Made by a program: the position numbers and the translations under genes. A DNA stretch of 63,999 nt, counting the filler, from Sphacelaria rigidula (taxonomy: Eukaryota), in assembly GCA_964200075.2 (NCBI GenBank). It is 5 parts of 5 records of this genome, joined end to end, with 100 filler letters (N's around TTAATTAATTAA, not from the genome) between each part and the next. Parts side by side here need not be neighbours in the genome. Positions count along the whole stretch, not along the records: positions 38,487 to 51,213 come from CAXNAA020003467.1; positions 51,314 to 63,999 come from CAXNAA020003501.1; 3 more parts are not named here. One strand, given 5' to 3'. Below the pieces are notes generated by a model that was not told where the DNA came from, did not search any database, and was given only the letters and a program-made list of their open reading frames with translations. Below are positions 39,162 to 51,567 of this stretch, in pieces (the stretch's first letter is position 1; the number at the start of each line of letters is the position of its first letter).

Positions 39162-42100
39162 CTGCTGCGCTGGCTGCCCAGCCCCAGCAGAAGCCATTCC
39201 ATGTGCATTTCCCCCAAAGCCCATGCTCATACCCATGCCCATGTGGTGCCCAGACATGCCTCGCGAAGTAGCCGAGGGAGGCCCGCCGCCGCCGATACCA
39301 ATCCCCACCCCCATCCCACTTGTAGCGGCACCCGCCGCCGCCACTCCTTGGCCGTGACTCTTACCAGCTGAATACCCCACCCCCGAGCCTCCCAGACCAC
39401 CTGGAGCGTTGTAACCCCCGCCGCCGCCGTTCATTGCCCCGAGGGCTGAAGATGTAGGCACTGTGCTGCCGAGGTACGGCGAACGCGCGCCGACGCCGGC
39501 AGCGGAAGTAACCGAGCTCGCGGGGTGGTGAGCGTGAGCCGCAGCACCGGCACCGACACCAACGGTGTGGGACGGGCCGCCGGGGAAGCTCGGCTGCTGT
39601 CTTGATGGGTTGAGACCAGAAGATGATGCCCCGTAGGCGGCCGCCGATTGGGCAGCGGTGGCGGCGGTGCCCATTCCCATGCCTACTCTCGCGTGGGAAG
39701 TTTGCCCCTGGGCGGTTCTGTGAGTGCTGTGATTGTAGGAAGAGGTGGCAGCCGGCGGGCGGGCAGATGGCGCGGCGCGAGGTTGGGGAGGCGGGGGCGG
39801 GCGTTCCCACTGCGTGGCCCCCGTGGCTGAGTTGCAGTAGTACGGCACACCGCTTTGAGGATCCAGCTAAGGAGGGAGACGACGATGCGGAGAGGCAAGG
39901 AGGCAAGGGGTTGGACGGCGGTGGCCAGGTGGGTTGGAGGTTGTGGTGTAACAGACGCAACAAAATTTAGTGTGCGCCCCTTCAAGCCATACTGTTGGCT
40001 TGCTTCCAACTACGATAACTCTTTCCATGACCCCGGTGATGACGCGGAGGAGCACTGAGCCCGCAAGGTATCATCATCTCAAAACGAGGCCCTCGCAGAC
40101 CAGAAATTGACACCGCTCGCGAATGATCTTCCCAGTGACGTCATCAGTCAACGAAAGCACTTGAGGGTCATCCTTCTCGTTGGAATAAACAACACGCACA
40201 CACACGATGGAGCACGGAAAAATGCCCACCTTGGAGAATATATGGTCAATAGATGCCATAGACGAGACGTGTACAGCATGAAGTATATAGGCCTATTGCA
40301 ACTATTGCCGGCCGACAATAGTCGCAATAGGCCTGTACTTCATGCAGTACGTTTTTTGTCTGTTGCAACTATTGACCACATTTTGTCCGAGGTGTAGAAA
40401 AATGATACTACCCTCGCCGTGTGAACCAAACCAGACCGGAACACTCAGCGAGGTCGCAGATTGCCGCTAAGTTCGAGAATCCCCACCGCAGCTGCTGCAC
40501 TAATCACCAAGCACCAATCTCGGGACGCAAACGATCACTCTCCCTCACCAGCTGTGTCCAGCCCGGGGGCAACTCTGGCTCTCGCCCCGCACCCCTCGAT
40601 CGCCCATCGGGTGTTGCAGCCGCAGTAGATGCTGCCGCCGTAGTCACACCAGCGCCGGAGACACCCCGGTTGTTACTCTGACCCGACCCCGCGCCGCTGC
40701 TGCCGCCGACTCCAACAACACTTTGCGGAGAAACCCCGATGCGGTGTCGCTCGAACGGGAATGGTGGTACGGGAGTGCCGGCGGGCTGAGGCGCCGCGTG
40801 GAACAGCCTGCGCAGCGGCGGCGGCGGCGATGATAATGGAGCATGACATGATTGCAGTCCGGACAAGGCTGGCAGGGAAAATGAAAATCGAACACGTTTC
40901 ACCTCAATGATCTTTTGCGGTACTGTACTGTATGCTTACTAACGTTATGCTCGAGCAAAACAACAAGAAAAAACTTCGACTTCCGGACTTTCGGATGGAT
41001 AATTGAGTCCGCTTGACACTAAAAACGTTCTTCTTGGAGAGCAAATAACAAATAAACATCACAGAGTAGGGAGTGTTTGTTGAATTTATACAGAAAGAGG
41101 GTGCCTCATCACCTGTCCATGAGGACGGCACCGGTACCGTCCTGACCCCGGATGTACTTAGCTGCCGCCTCCATTTCACCCTCGCTCGCCAAGATGCCCG
41201 CGTACTCAGCGAAAATTTCAGCCACCTGCCACGAAGGCACACATACACCGCAGGGTACAAACCAAACGACATATATAAACCGAAGAGATGATAAATCTCC
41301 TTCCATTTAATTAAAGCAGAAAAAAGCAAGGGGGAAAAAAGCGGTCCATAGAATCTTCTGCAACGAAGCACTTTTGTTATATCCCCACCTTCCCGCCCAT
41401 CAAACACGCCGCGGGTACCCTTCACCCAACAGCGGACATCGACCATTTTTTTTTAGCAAAAAGACGCTCTAGCCGTTGCGCACGATCATTCCGCCGTGCA
41501 GATCTCGAGGCTAGTGACCAAGTTGCCTCCCTCCCCTTTTTCAACGGTGCTACTTGTTACACGGCCGAAGTAACCGCAAATCTACCTGTTTCTTTTGGGG
41601 ACTATGATGCAATACTTTTCGGATTAAAATCCTGGAGCGCAAAATACTTCGACAAAAATGGACGGGTTGTGCGGGGATGGTCACAATCCAATGCTCCATG
41701 TGCCCAAGTGCAAGTAGTTAGGTGGATACCGCGGGGACAGAAATGGGGCTGATCCGTCGAGACAATTACGGACTAATACCGGCAGAAGGAAAAGGTGAGA
41801 ACGCCACACAGAGAGGAGGGCAAACATGCTGCCCGACAGCTGCGACCCGCAGTCACAAGACACGAGGAAACGTCAATGCGCACGCTCGTGCACAGCAAAC
41901 ACAAAACACACAACATGGGCACACACGTGCAAGCACCGCTCCATGCTTACCTCCTCTCCAGGGGGCTCGTTGGGCTGCTGTGTGAACACCGACACTTTTT
42001 CCACAAACTCTTGGAGCGCCTGCATTAGCGCAGCACCAACGTCAACCATTGTAACACCGACCACGAGGTGGAGAAGGATGACGCACACAGAAAAATAACG

Positions 42101-45100
42101 AAACAGCAGATGAGCCACAACACGAAAAGGCAGCAACGAAAGTGATGAGAGGGGAGGTCGAGAGAGATAAGAGAGGATCGTGCAGGAGATCAGGAATGGG
42201 TGAGGAGGGCGGGGGGAAGTTGAGCGGAAGGAAGAACTGTGACATCAATCGATCAGTCAACAACGCAGTGACATTTTCGCAAGTGTAACGTGGTATTTTC
42301 CCTCGCGCTAATATCACCATGACTTCACCAACCCTTACCCTACGAGTTTGATTCGAACCCTGCTTCGTTCGTTTCACTACTCTCCATAAATGACCCTCAT
42401 CACCTTCATGTGCGCGCGTGTGTGTGGGGGGGGGGGGGGGGGGGACTCATTTGTTGTTTTCCTCAGTCGTTTGACCATTGACCATGNNNNNNNNNNGGTG
42501 TTGGGTTGTTGGTGTGGGGGGGGGGGGGGGGGGGGTGGTGGGGGGCTTTACTCATTTGTTGCTTGCCTCAGTCGTTTGACCATTGACCATGCATCCCTTT
42601 CGAGACGGAGCATGGGGGGGAGGGGAAGGGACAAGGAAAGACGGAGACAAAAATAAGCAAGTCTATGTAGATATCACTTATCGTCAGCCAGCCTCGGGAG
42701 ATCTGTCCTCTCAAAAATGTATTCTTCCCAAAAGCACAAACTGTATACATGATCAGTCTTTTTGTCGCGTGACGCCGTGATGTCCCCGGGTGTGGGACCT
42801 TGTGCCACAGGGAGGAGACAGGCCCGCAGAGTACAAGACGGTGAATACCATCCCTAGATGTCGACTTGTGGGACCCGAAAAAATCTTCATCTACCCATAT
42901 ATAGGAGAGAGGGGAGATATATTATATTGTAGGTACCCCAAAACAGTATTGTACAAAAGTACAACAGTAGGAAGATTGCAAGGGTAGGTCGGGCGGGGGA
43001 TGTAATTTTGAGTAACCGGGTATAACACCCAGGTATTACTCTACCCAAGTTCTCTGAGTACTAAAGGTACGACGTTTCACAATACCCGGGTATAGGGTAT
43101 ACCCTACCCGACCTGCCCCTGACAGTTCATCAATCGGAGTTGTTTTCAAGCCGGTGTTAGTGTACGTATCGGTGACGTGCGCGTTGGTTTACAGTTGGTC
43201 GTTTTGGCCAAAATGCCAAGCAGAGTCCAACAAGACATCAGGAGATATGACGCGGTATGATGCACACCGTCACCATGACCCACAAATTCGGTGTCGACGA
43301 GACCCGACGATGTGCTGCATCCACCTCGGCCTCATAAGGGGACACGGGACATTATTTTGTACCGCAGTTCACTATTTCGAGAGTTGTCAGTCAGGGAAAA
43401 ATTGAAGAAGAAAAAACTCGAAATTTCTCCTCTGACGACGTCCCACACTGGGGCATCAAGGCCCTTCATACGCAAAACCTCAACGGAGTACCCATCCAGC
43501 GGCAAGCGATTCGGCAGCGTGGTAGCGGTACAACTCTCTCTTCAGAGACGTGATTCAATGATCAACGATCAACGATATTTTCGATCATCAGGTACATACC
43601 CGCAGCCCACGGTGAGCAGTCGAAATCAACAGCACAACTCTGTGCTGGGGCAGCTGGGTATGCTGCGCATGTTTTGCAACAATAACGCATTTTTTGCCCG
43701 AAAACAAAAAAAACGCAATTTTACTCAGAACGACCGATCGTACTGTTGGACACCCACGAACGTCTCGACAAACTATATATAAAATACATCATCCCGGACA
43801 AATTTCATTTGGTATGACACCACTGAATGGGGATGCTACCCCATATGCCTGCGCCTTTTCAAGGACTCGCCACCCACAACGTGCACATGTACTGGTGGTT
43901 CACATGTACCGGAGAGAAAAGCCTTGATCCCTCGAGACCACGGACTCGTCCAGAGGAAGGGAAAGGGTTTGTAGAGTGCGACAAATGGACACACACTGTA
44001 TATACACCTACTCTCCACGCTGTTTGGCTCGAACGCAGGCAAGTGCGATCCGAAGGCCTCGGCAGCCCGCTTCAAAGTCAGAGGAAGGCACTGATTTCAA
44101 CAAACAGGGGTGTTGAGCTACCGAGCGATGTATAATTGGATTCCTACCCTCTCTGGGGATACCATCAGCCTTTTCCGCCATGCCGTGGGTAGCAAGCAAT
44201 ACGAATTAAGCAACCGCACTGCTGCAAAAGATGGAAACTCCGATGACCAAAACTTTACAACCTCACCATGTAAGGGGTCGTGGAACCATACCCGAATAGC
44301 AGCACTGTAGGAGCATTGGCTCTAGTTTTTTTACAATCTTCATTCTTCACAATAGTCTTTTCGATCAGTTCCGCGGTAGGAATGTTGAAGATCCCGAAGG
44401 CCTACATCCAACATGAAAACAGAAAGACACGGGCAAGTACACACGTATATTTTCTGGGAAAAGCCATGCACAAAAACACGCTATCGATCGCAGTCGCAAT
44501 TCAACGACCACAAGCAAGGTTTCTTTATGGCGAGCGCTATATACCTTAGTGTCCGTTCCTCCAGGTACCGCAGCGTTGGCCGCACGCAGCTCCTCGGACC
44601 ACATCTGCACTGTCTTGGGCACCTTAACTGCGCACCTGTTATTAAACCATAATTCCCACCCACCGGAGAATGACACACGCACCAAAAAATGATAAACACA
44701 TGAACGGATATTCACGAGCACGAGTATATACACTCAACGCAAAAAACTCATGTGAGCACACACGCACCATCACTTACGGATTATAATCACCCCTTGCCGA
44801 AATAAACTCAAGCCCGTTTTTCCGGCAGTTGCCGCCGCACAAGTCACGCCGCGAAAAACGGATACACTTTTCCTTTGCTACTTTTTTACGTCATACTTGA
44901 AGACTATCTCCACCCCGTCGTCCGGCGAAACCCTGGCGTGCTCTGTCCCGGCTTAGTAGAGATGCAAGGTCAACGGTCATATGATTACGGCAAACAAGGC
45001 TATAAGTACCCCCTCCCCGTTCTCGAGGCGAGTCCGGAGTTTCAAGGGAACAGCTGATCTCTCCCGCGGTGCCCGCGTGATACTCCTTCATCGAGCATTG

Positions 45101-47164
45101 GGTTATGACCAACAGCACTCCTGCACCCTGTCGACTTTTCTCGAATATTTCCTTGGCTACTCCCGCTCAAACGCCTTCTACCCTTTGAAAATTGAATTGC
45201 CGATTTTTGTGCTGAGTCTTTGTGAATTGGCATTATTTTGTCTTGAAAACGACTGAAAATGGTGCCGATTTGCAAAAGCAAAAACCAGCATTCCCTAGGG
45301 GTCTAGTTCCGAAAGGGTTAACGACGGAAGCCGAATTTTACTCAGAAAGATCGCAGCTGTCGGTATTCGATCCCCCAGTCTTACGCCTCAACTGCCTACT
45401 GACGTGCCATTTTAATTAAGCCACCGGGGAACCGCAGCTTCTGCTGGGATTGGAACTATCTTGTCAACATCTTCCTATCCAAGAGATTATTGACCGCCGG
45501 ATCATGTCTATGAAGAAAATCGGGCTTGATACAGAAATAAAAGGCATTTACTAGCCTTCGTGACAGTACTCCGTAACTCGACAGAACACTTGGCATTGGA
45601 GAAGAAAAAAAAAACACCGGTCTACAACTTACATGTAGCACAGGTTCGCCGACTTGCGATCCCCGACCTCTTCCTCCAGCCGCGCCGCCAGAGCTTCGCA
45701 CAGCGCCGGCAGCTCCTCCTGTTTAGCGTAGGTGGACAGGATCGCCAGCGTCTCTTGCCATTGGCTTAGGTCCGAGGACTCCACCAAATCACCCAGCTCC
45801 GACTTAATTATGGCTGTTACCACCTTTAGGAACGGTCGCCGCGCCGTCTCTCTGGCGAAGTACTGAGCCTGAGTCTTGGCCCACAAGTCCGCCCCGCCGC
45901 AGCTGGAGAGACCCCGTGTACCGAGGAATACAAAAGTAGTGCGGGAAGCAAAGGTCGGTAGGGGATGTACGCAAAAGGCAGATTAAAGAAGAGAAATGAG
46001 CCTCATAAGGGCAAAAACATTGTCAAACGGCGGGGTGTAGGTGGGGTCGGGGAGACAGGCGCCATTGAAGATGTGGAGGGAGCAGCTGGTGGGCTGACCA
46101 GCGTCGACCACTATTGGTAGGACCGTTCGGAGATCTGGGTGGCTTCCGCGTTACCGACGGATTGATTTTGGTCTCAGTGGGCGATCACGGCTTGGCGGCG
46201 TTCCATCGGGAGGCGGGGTGGAAGACTTACAAGTAAGTGCAGCATGTATATACCCCCGTGTTTGCAAGGCGGTGTTTCGTGTTGGTAGTCTTCGTTTGGA
46301 TTACGACTTCAGCGCCGGCGGTGCTTTTGCCGACGTGGTGGATGCTGGGAGTGATGCTCGATCACATGGGTATCACCATGTTGTTGAAACGAACGCGTCA
46401 TCCGATCTCGCGAATTCACATCTCTGGTGAGCTTGACACGAAGCAGGTACGTTTTGGGGGGAAAGCTGAGTGATTTGAGCTATATGGGACCGCCCGCGCT
46501 CACCTTTGTTTGCATTGTTAACACGTGGCGTTGACGGCATATGCATGTGTACAAGTCTGCCCCATGATGCCTCCAACAACTCTGGTGGAGCTTAGAAGTT
46601 CACGGAGAGAGGTGGTGACTGCGAGCATTGTGCATCAATTTTTCGTTTGCGACTGTGAAACACGAGGTGAGCGTGGAGATTTTTCTCGCACTCAGATCTC
46701 CGTCACTTGTGTGGTCACAACTGGAAAACCATTACTCCCCGACCTCTGTTGGCTCTAGTGTGGCGTTGCTCAAGATATTTCCAGAACTTTGGTCTCGCTC
46801 ACTTCTAGCGGCAGCCACGGTTTACACCACCTCATGGATGTCTCACCATAAAAACACTACATGGCGCGATCATCCCCTTTGCGCGGAGTTCGGATTCTTC
46901 ACCCCGCACAATATGATCTAGATCGATCACCTTCATGGTTACCGCAAAAAACGCAAGCGAGAAAAGAAACGACAACGCGGTTGCCTAGCTTTCGCAGTGG
47001 GTCGAGTGTTTTACAGCGTCGTTGCCGGCTGATGCCAGCCCTCTTTTCTGGGGGAGGGAGGGAGGGAGGGGAGGAAAGGGGGGTATAAAATGCTTCAGTA
47101 CAAGAGGTGGGTGTAAACAAGATGTGCACGTCGAGAACGTGCTGCAAGCCTCTGAAAAACAAAG

Positions 47165-47197
<33 letters not shown>

Positions 47198-50100
47198 AGA
47201 GAGTTTGGGATAATGACTGATTTTGAAAATATCGTGAAAAGTGCAGAGCGGGAAGATAACAACATCATATTAAGGCTGCTCTGTGGTTCATGCCCACCAT
47301 CAAGAAAAAAAATTCTTCCCCGGTGACACAGCTCCAACACCCCCCCCCTTCCCTTCCCTCCTCTCTTCTCCTCCAGTCTCCGTGGGCGCGCCCACTACAC
47401 ACACACGCAACAAAAACCCGTACTTTAGTCAATATTCAACACCATCATACCTTGCCAGAATCATAGCGTCCGCCATGTTTCCCGTCGACATGCAGCACTG
47501 CACCGCAGCTTCGAAGTTGCCCACAACCAGCGATCGTCTAATGGTCGCCTCTGCGGTGCCAGACATCTGCGACTCGCTACTTCCGCTGCCGTAGGGCGGT
47601 GCGGCGCCGCCAAACAAACCTCGCGCTTTCGCTCCTGCACCCTGCTTCAAACACACGCATGTGGATGTATCACATGGACGGACAGTCCCCACAGCATCAC
47701 AACTACAGACGTGTGTTTGAATACCACAACAGAACGCACGGCATACTCGTCTGCCAAACATCCAACATCGACGTGAGTACGCATCCAACGGCCCTTGCGT
47801 GCACCGAAGAGAACGTACAACAAAGCGCAGTCACATGACCAACCGCAAAAAAAAAAAACGGCGATAAAGTGTACATGCACTCCGTCGCCCACTCCTCCAT
47901 GAACACAGCAAACACAAACGCACGCATACACATCCATCCAACCAACGACCGAGAAGCAAACACCTCCTCAACGGACACACCCAACCCGCGCTGAAAACAG
48001 CCACCACCACCCACTTCCCCCTTTCCAACCTCAACACCTCTTCCGCGTACCTCAGAACCAGCTCCCAAATCCACGGCATCCAGGGCATCCGCAAGGCCCC
48101 GTTCTCCACCGGCGCCACTACCTCCGGCGGACGTGTCATCGGAAGCCTCGCCGTCTTGCTTCACTTCGGTCGGCGGCGGCGGCGGCGGCGGCTGATGCTG
48201 CGACCCGTTTAGCGCCGAGGTACCCCCACTCGCCGCTGCTGCTCCCTGTCCCGACTTGGCGACAAACTCCGCGGCTTGCCTGCAGCCCGGTTCATTCGGC
48301 AAATACTTTGATGTGTCGTGGTCTTCTGTGGTCTGTTGTATTCTGCTCTAGAGTATAGTATCCTGTCGATTTATACCACTATACACCGCACGGTGAAGTA
48401 CAAGCGGTGTTGTGCTTTGTGTGTGGTCGCTGCACAATAGCTAGGGCCAAGCTCACCAAAATAGGGCGGCGCGTGCGCTGCACCAAGTCGACAGGGGCTC
48501 TTCGTGAGTTCGACACCCACACTGCCCCAAGCAAAACTTTCCAGACGATCGAGGCGCCTGCTTCGTATGACCGCCACACGGTGGCCTAGTCGAGCCTCCA
48601 GGTCATCGGCACACGAATCGGCTCACGGGGTAAGTGTTGGGTGAGGCTTCCTCCTTTAAGGAAAAAGAACGCAGCGCCCGCTACAGGTATCGTCGTAACA
48701 TGACCCCAAAGCACAGTACACAGTAGGATCCCATTACAGTGCGGTCATGCCGACCTGGCAACCAACTGCTGCATCAAGTTGGGATCCCGACTCTATTCCG
48801 ACAAGTATGCTTGTACAACCGGGGGTGACATGAGTTGATCCCTCGAGACACCACGGAATCATCCAAAGAAAGGGGAGCGGTTGGAGGTGTGCTGAATTGA
48901 AAAAGCACCTACAAAACGTTCCGCAGATGGTTTGGGCAAGGTACGGTACAAGGTCGGGTATTTTGGCATTCGATACCCTCGGTGCTCTGGAAAACTGAGC
49001 ATTTTCGACAATCCGTAACCCGGGTATCCGCAGTCCTCCGTACACATGCGTAGTACACCGGGTACCAAATCGGTTAGTTGAAGAGAGCGAACACCCGAGG
49101 TCCATGAGATTTGCAGTACCTCGGGCGAAGCATTCACTGGGTCTCTGAGAAAACTGAGTACTATTCGGCTGTTGATGCCCTGGGTACCGTAGAATACTCA
49201 ATGTTTCCAGCAATTAATACCCTGCATAACCTGTCACATGCTCTGTATCTTTGGTGGACAGTACCGTTAGTACCAGCAATACTCAGTAAATGTACAGAAC
49301 TTTCTGGGTATTTTGGTCGATGGGTACCCGAGGTAACCGGACATACTCAGTACCTTCGGCAGTCGCTACCCTGCTACCTATGTTTTTTGCCCCAAATCTT
49401 CCGAAACTAGCATATGCGACTTTCTCTACACTCAGGACTGTGCTGTATTTATTTAAACGTTTCGGGCGCTGCCGTTATAGGAGAGGTGGGCAGTCTCATT
49501 TCGGAAAAGACACATTTCCCTCACAAGGCAGCAAGTACAATAGGTGGAGAACGTAGCATGTTACTTGATGCCTGCGAAATTTTTCATGCAAGACCTTCTC
49601 TTCACAAACCGTGCACACGACTTCGACACACCATCAGAATAGCGTAACTTCACACAGTCCAGCACAGTTAGAGTAGACAGCACAGGAGAAAATCACCGCT
49701 TCCAGTCGTTCATTCAACGTGAATTCTGACCAACCCAGCCCTGAGAGAGTCTTGACGCCAACTCTCGAACCTTGCGATTGGACTCTTACCCGCAATTACA
49801 CAACCATTCTTAAGACGGAGGGATATTCTAGAGGACAGCTTTCGAACCGAACCCATCGTCGTGCCACGGGTGTCTCTGGATAGTTGACCGAAATGCATAC
49901 ATTCGCGCAGCGGCCCAACACTACACTACACTTCCTACACATCAAAACGACGGACGACGATAACGCTCCCAGCAGTACCCACACCAACACCCCCCCAGCA
50001 CCGCATGCCTCTGACCTGGCAACTGCCTCTCCATCGAAACCCAGGTGCGCCAGGAGCTGATTGCGGGCGTTCTTCTCGAAGATGATCTGCATGAATTGCC

Positions 50101-51065
50101 ACACCCTGCGCTCGTGCGCATCCTTGGCCCCGGCCTCCTTCTCCTGGCAGAACTCGCGGAAGCCCTTGGACGCCATGGCTTCCTCGAAGCGCCTGGAGGC
50201 TTCGACGAACGGCCTGTCCTCCTTGACAGACGAGATTTTGACCGTTCTGCTGCCCGCTCCTCCGGCGCCGCCCTGTATCACGCACACACCAAAACATCGC
50301 AGGTCAGAAATCATTAACGACGGATGGCATCAATTTCAACTGCAGAAAAATAGAAAGACCAAAGCGTCGTATGAAACTTGCACGCAAAATAAATACACAC
50401 ACAAGGAGCTCCACACGGACCTATGATATGGTTTTACTCACTCGCGTCGCTCACACAAGACATCGATACACACACACCCACATAAGCAGACGCACACAGA
50501 CAAGGCATACGGAGAGATGGACGAAAAAGATAACCCCATACACGAACCTACAGCATCGCCTCGCCGATCGTGCACATCCGACACTCCTCCCCTCCCCTCC
50601 TCTTCACAAACAAAAATAACAACGTGTTCCATCGAAAACATCATGAATAGTCACATCGTCTTCACCATCACAACAACCAATCCCGTCTTCCCCATTTCTC
50701 CGACCTCTCAGCTCTATATCGCCGCTAAAGATACACTCCGCTACCTCCACTCCACTCCACCCGCCCAGCCCCGCACTCTTCTACTTTTCCACGCACCGGC
50801 GACCAAACACACGACGCAACGTCATCACAAAAAATCAACTAACCTGCTGCCCGTGACCGGTGCTGTGCGGGGAAGCCCCGTCCGTGCCCACCTTGGAGAA
50901 TGACGCTAGGCGACCGCCGAACCCGAAGGAGGCTCCTGCCGGTCGGCGATGCCAAGTGGGCGCCCTGCCGTTGGAAGTCTTGGCGCCCGTCATGCTGAAC
51001 AGCTGTACCTTGCGGTCGAACGAGCAGGTGCTGACTAGGGCGGGGATGTGGGGAGACCACGAGAC
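39162..51065 (-). CDS. SEC31: COPII outer coat protein SEC31, ten internal exons (partial at both ends), with WW domain
   Basis: Exons 51065-50844, 50272-50016, 48279-48051, 47641-47451, 45902-45633, 44635-44545, 42019-41951, 41225-41113, 40807-40549, 39866-39162, all GT-AG and phase-consistent. Last WD40 repeat VSWSPHIPALVSTCSFDRKV, hallmark APTWHRRPAGASFGFGGRL, ACE1 motifs LVVGNFEAAV...MADAMILASCGGADLW, WQETLAILSTY, ALQEFVEKV, YAGILASEG. Confidence 0.95.
42982..43118. mobile_element. Small TIR-bounded element remnant
   Basis: GGGTAGGTCGGG...CCCGACCTGCCC ends with internal TACCC/GGGTA motifs; similar motif-rich tract at ~48930-49380. Confidence 0.4.
47167..47196. repeat. (AC)15 microsatellite
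   Basis: Direct reading; in a SEC31 intron. Confidence 0.95.
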
Positions 51066-51213
51066 CTGGTCGTTCGTATCGTTTGTTGGAGTTGGATGGG
51101 GGAATGAGACGGGGGAACGGAACGGGGGGGGGGGGAGGGAAATGTGTGTGGTTTGGGGGTGGGGCGTGCTGGGGCTCAAAACAAACACGCCCGACAGAGG
51201 TGAAAAAGATAGC

Positions 51214-51313
51214 NNNNNNNNNNNNNNNNNNNNNNNNNNNNNNNNNNNNNNNNNNNNTTAATTAATTAANNNNNNNNNNNNNNNNNNNNNNNNNNNNNNN
51301 NNNNNNNNNNNNN
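51214..51313. other. Artificial contig linker
   Basis: N44-TTAATTAATTAA-N44. Confidence 0.98.
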
Positions 51314-51567
51314 AGAATCGAAAATCAAATCGGACACCGTTAAGGGCTCGTACAAACATAACGATACAGACTTATGGGACAGAGGAAGTACATCTTCGAC
51401 AGATGACCCTCATTGAAGGCCAAAGGGTGTATGCATGACACACTATGTACACACTATGACAACATCAATCTAGTCCAAGTGATCCCCACTCTGAGAGCAC
51501 TGAATAGTGCTTCCCACTCTCGATACGACTACGCCACGACGCTGCTCGCCCTTGAGCACGGCGAGTT

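Noticed and set aside
42430..42612. Apparent tandem duplication around an N10 gap and poly-G runs
   Set aside because: Probably an unmerged overlap at a scaffold gap; copy number unreliable.
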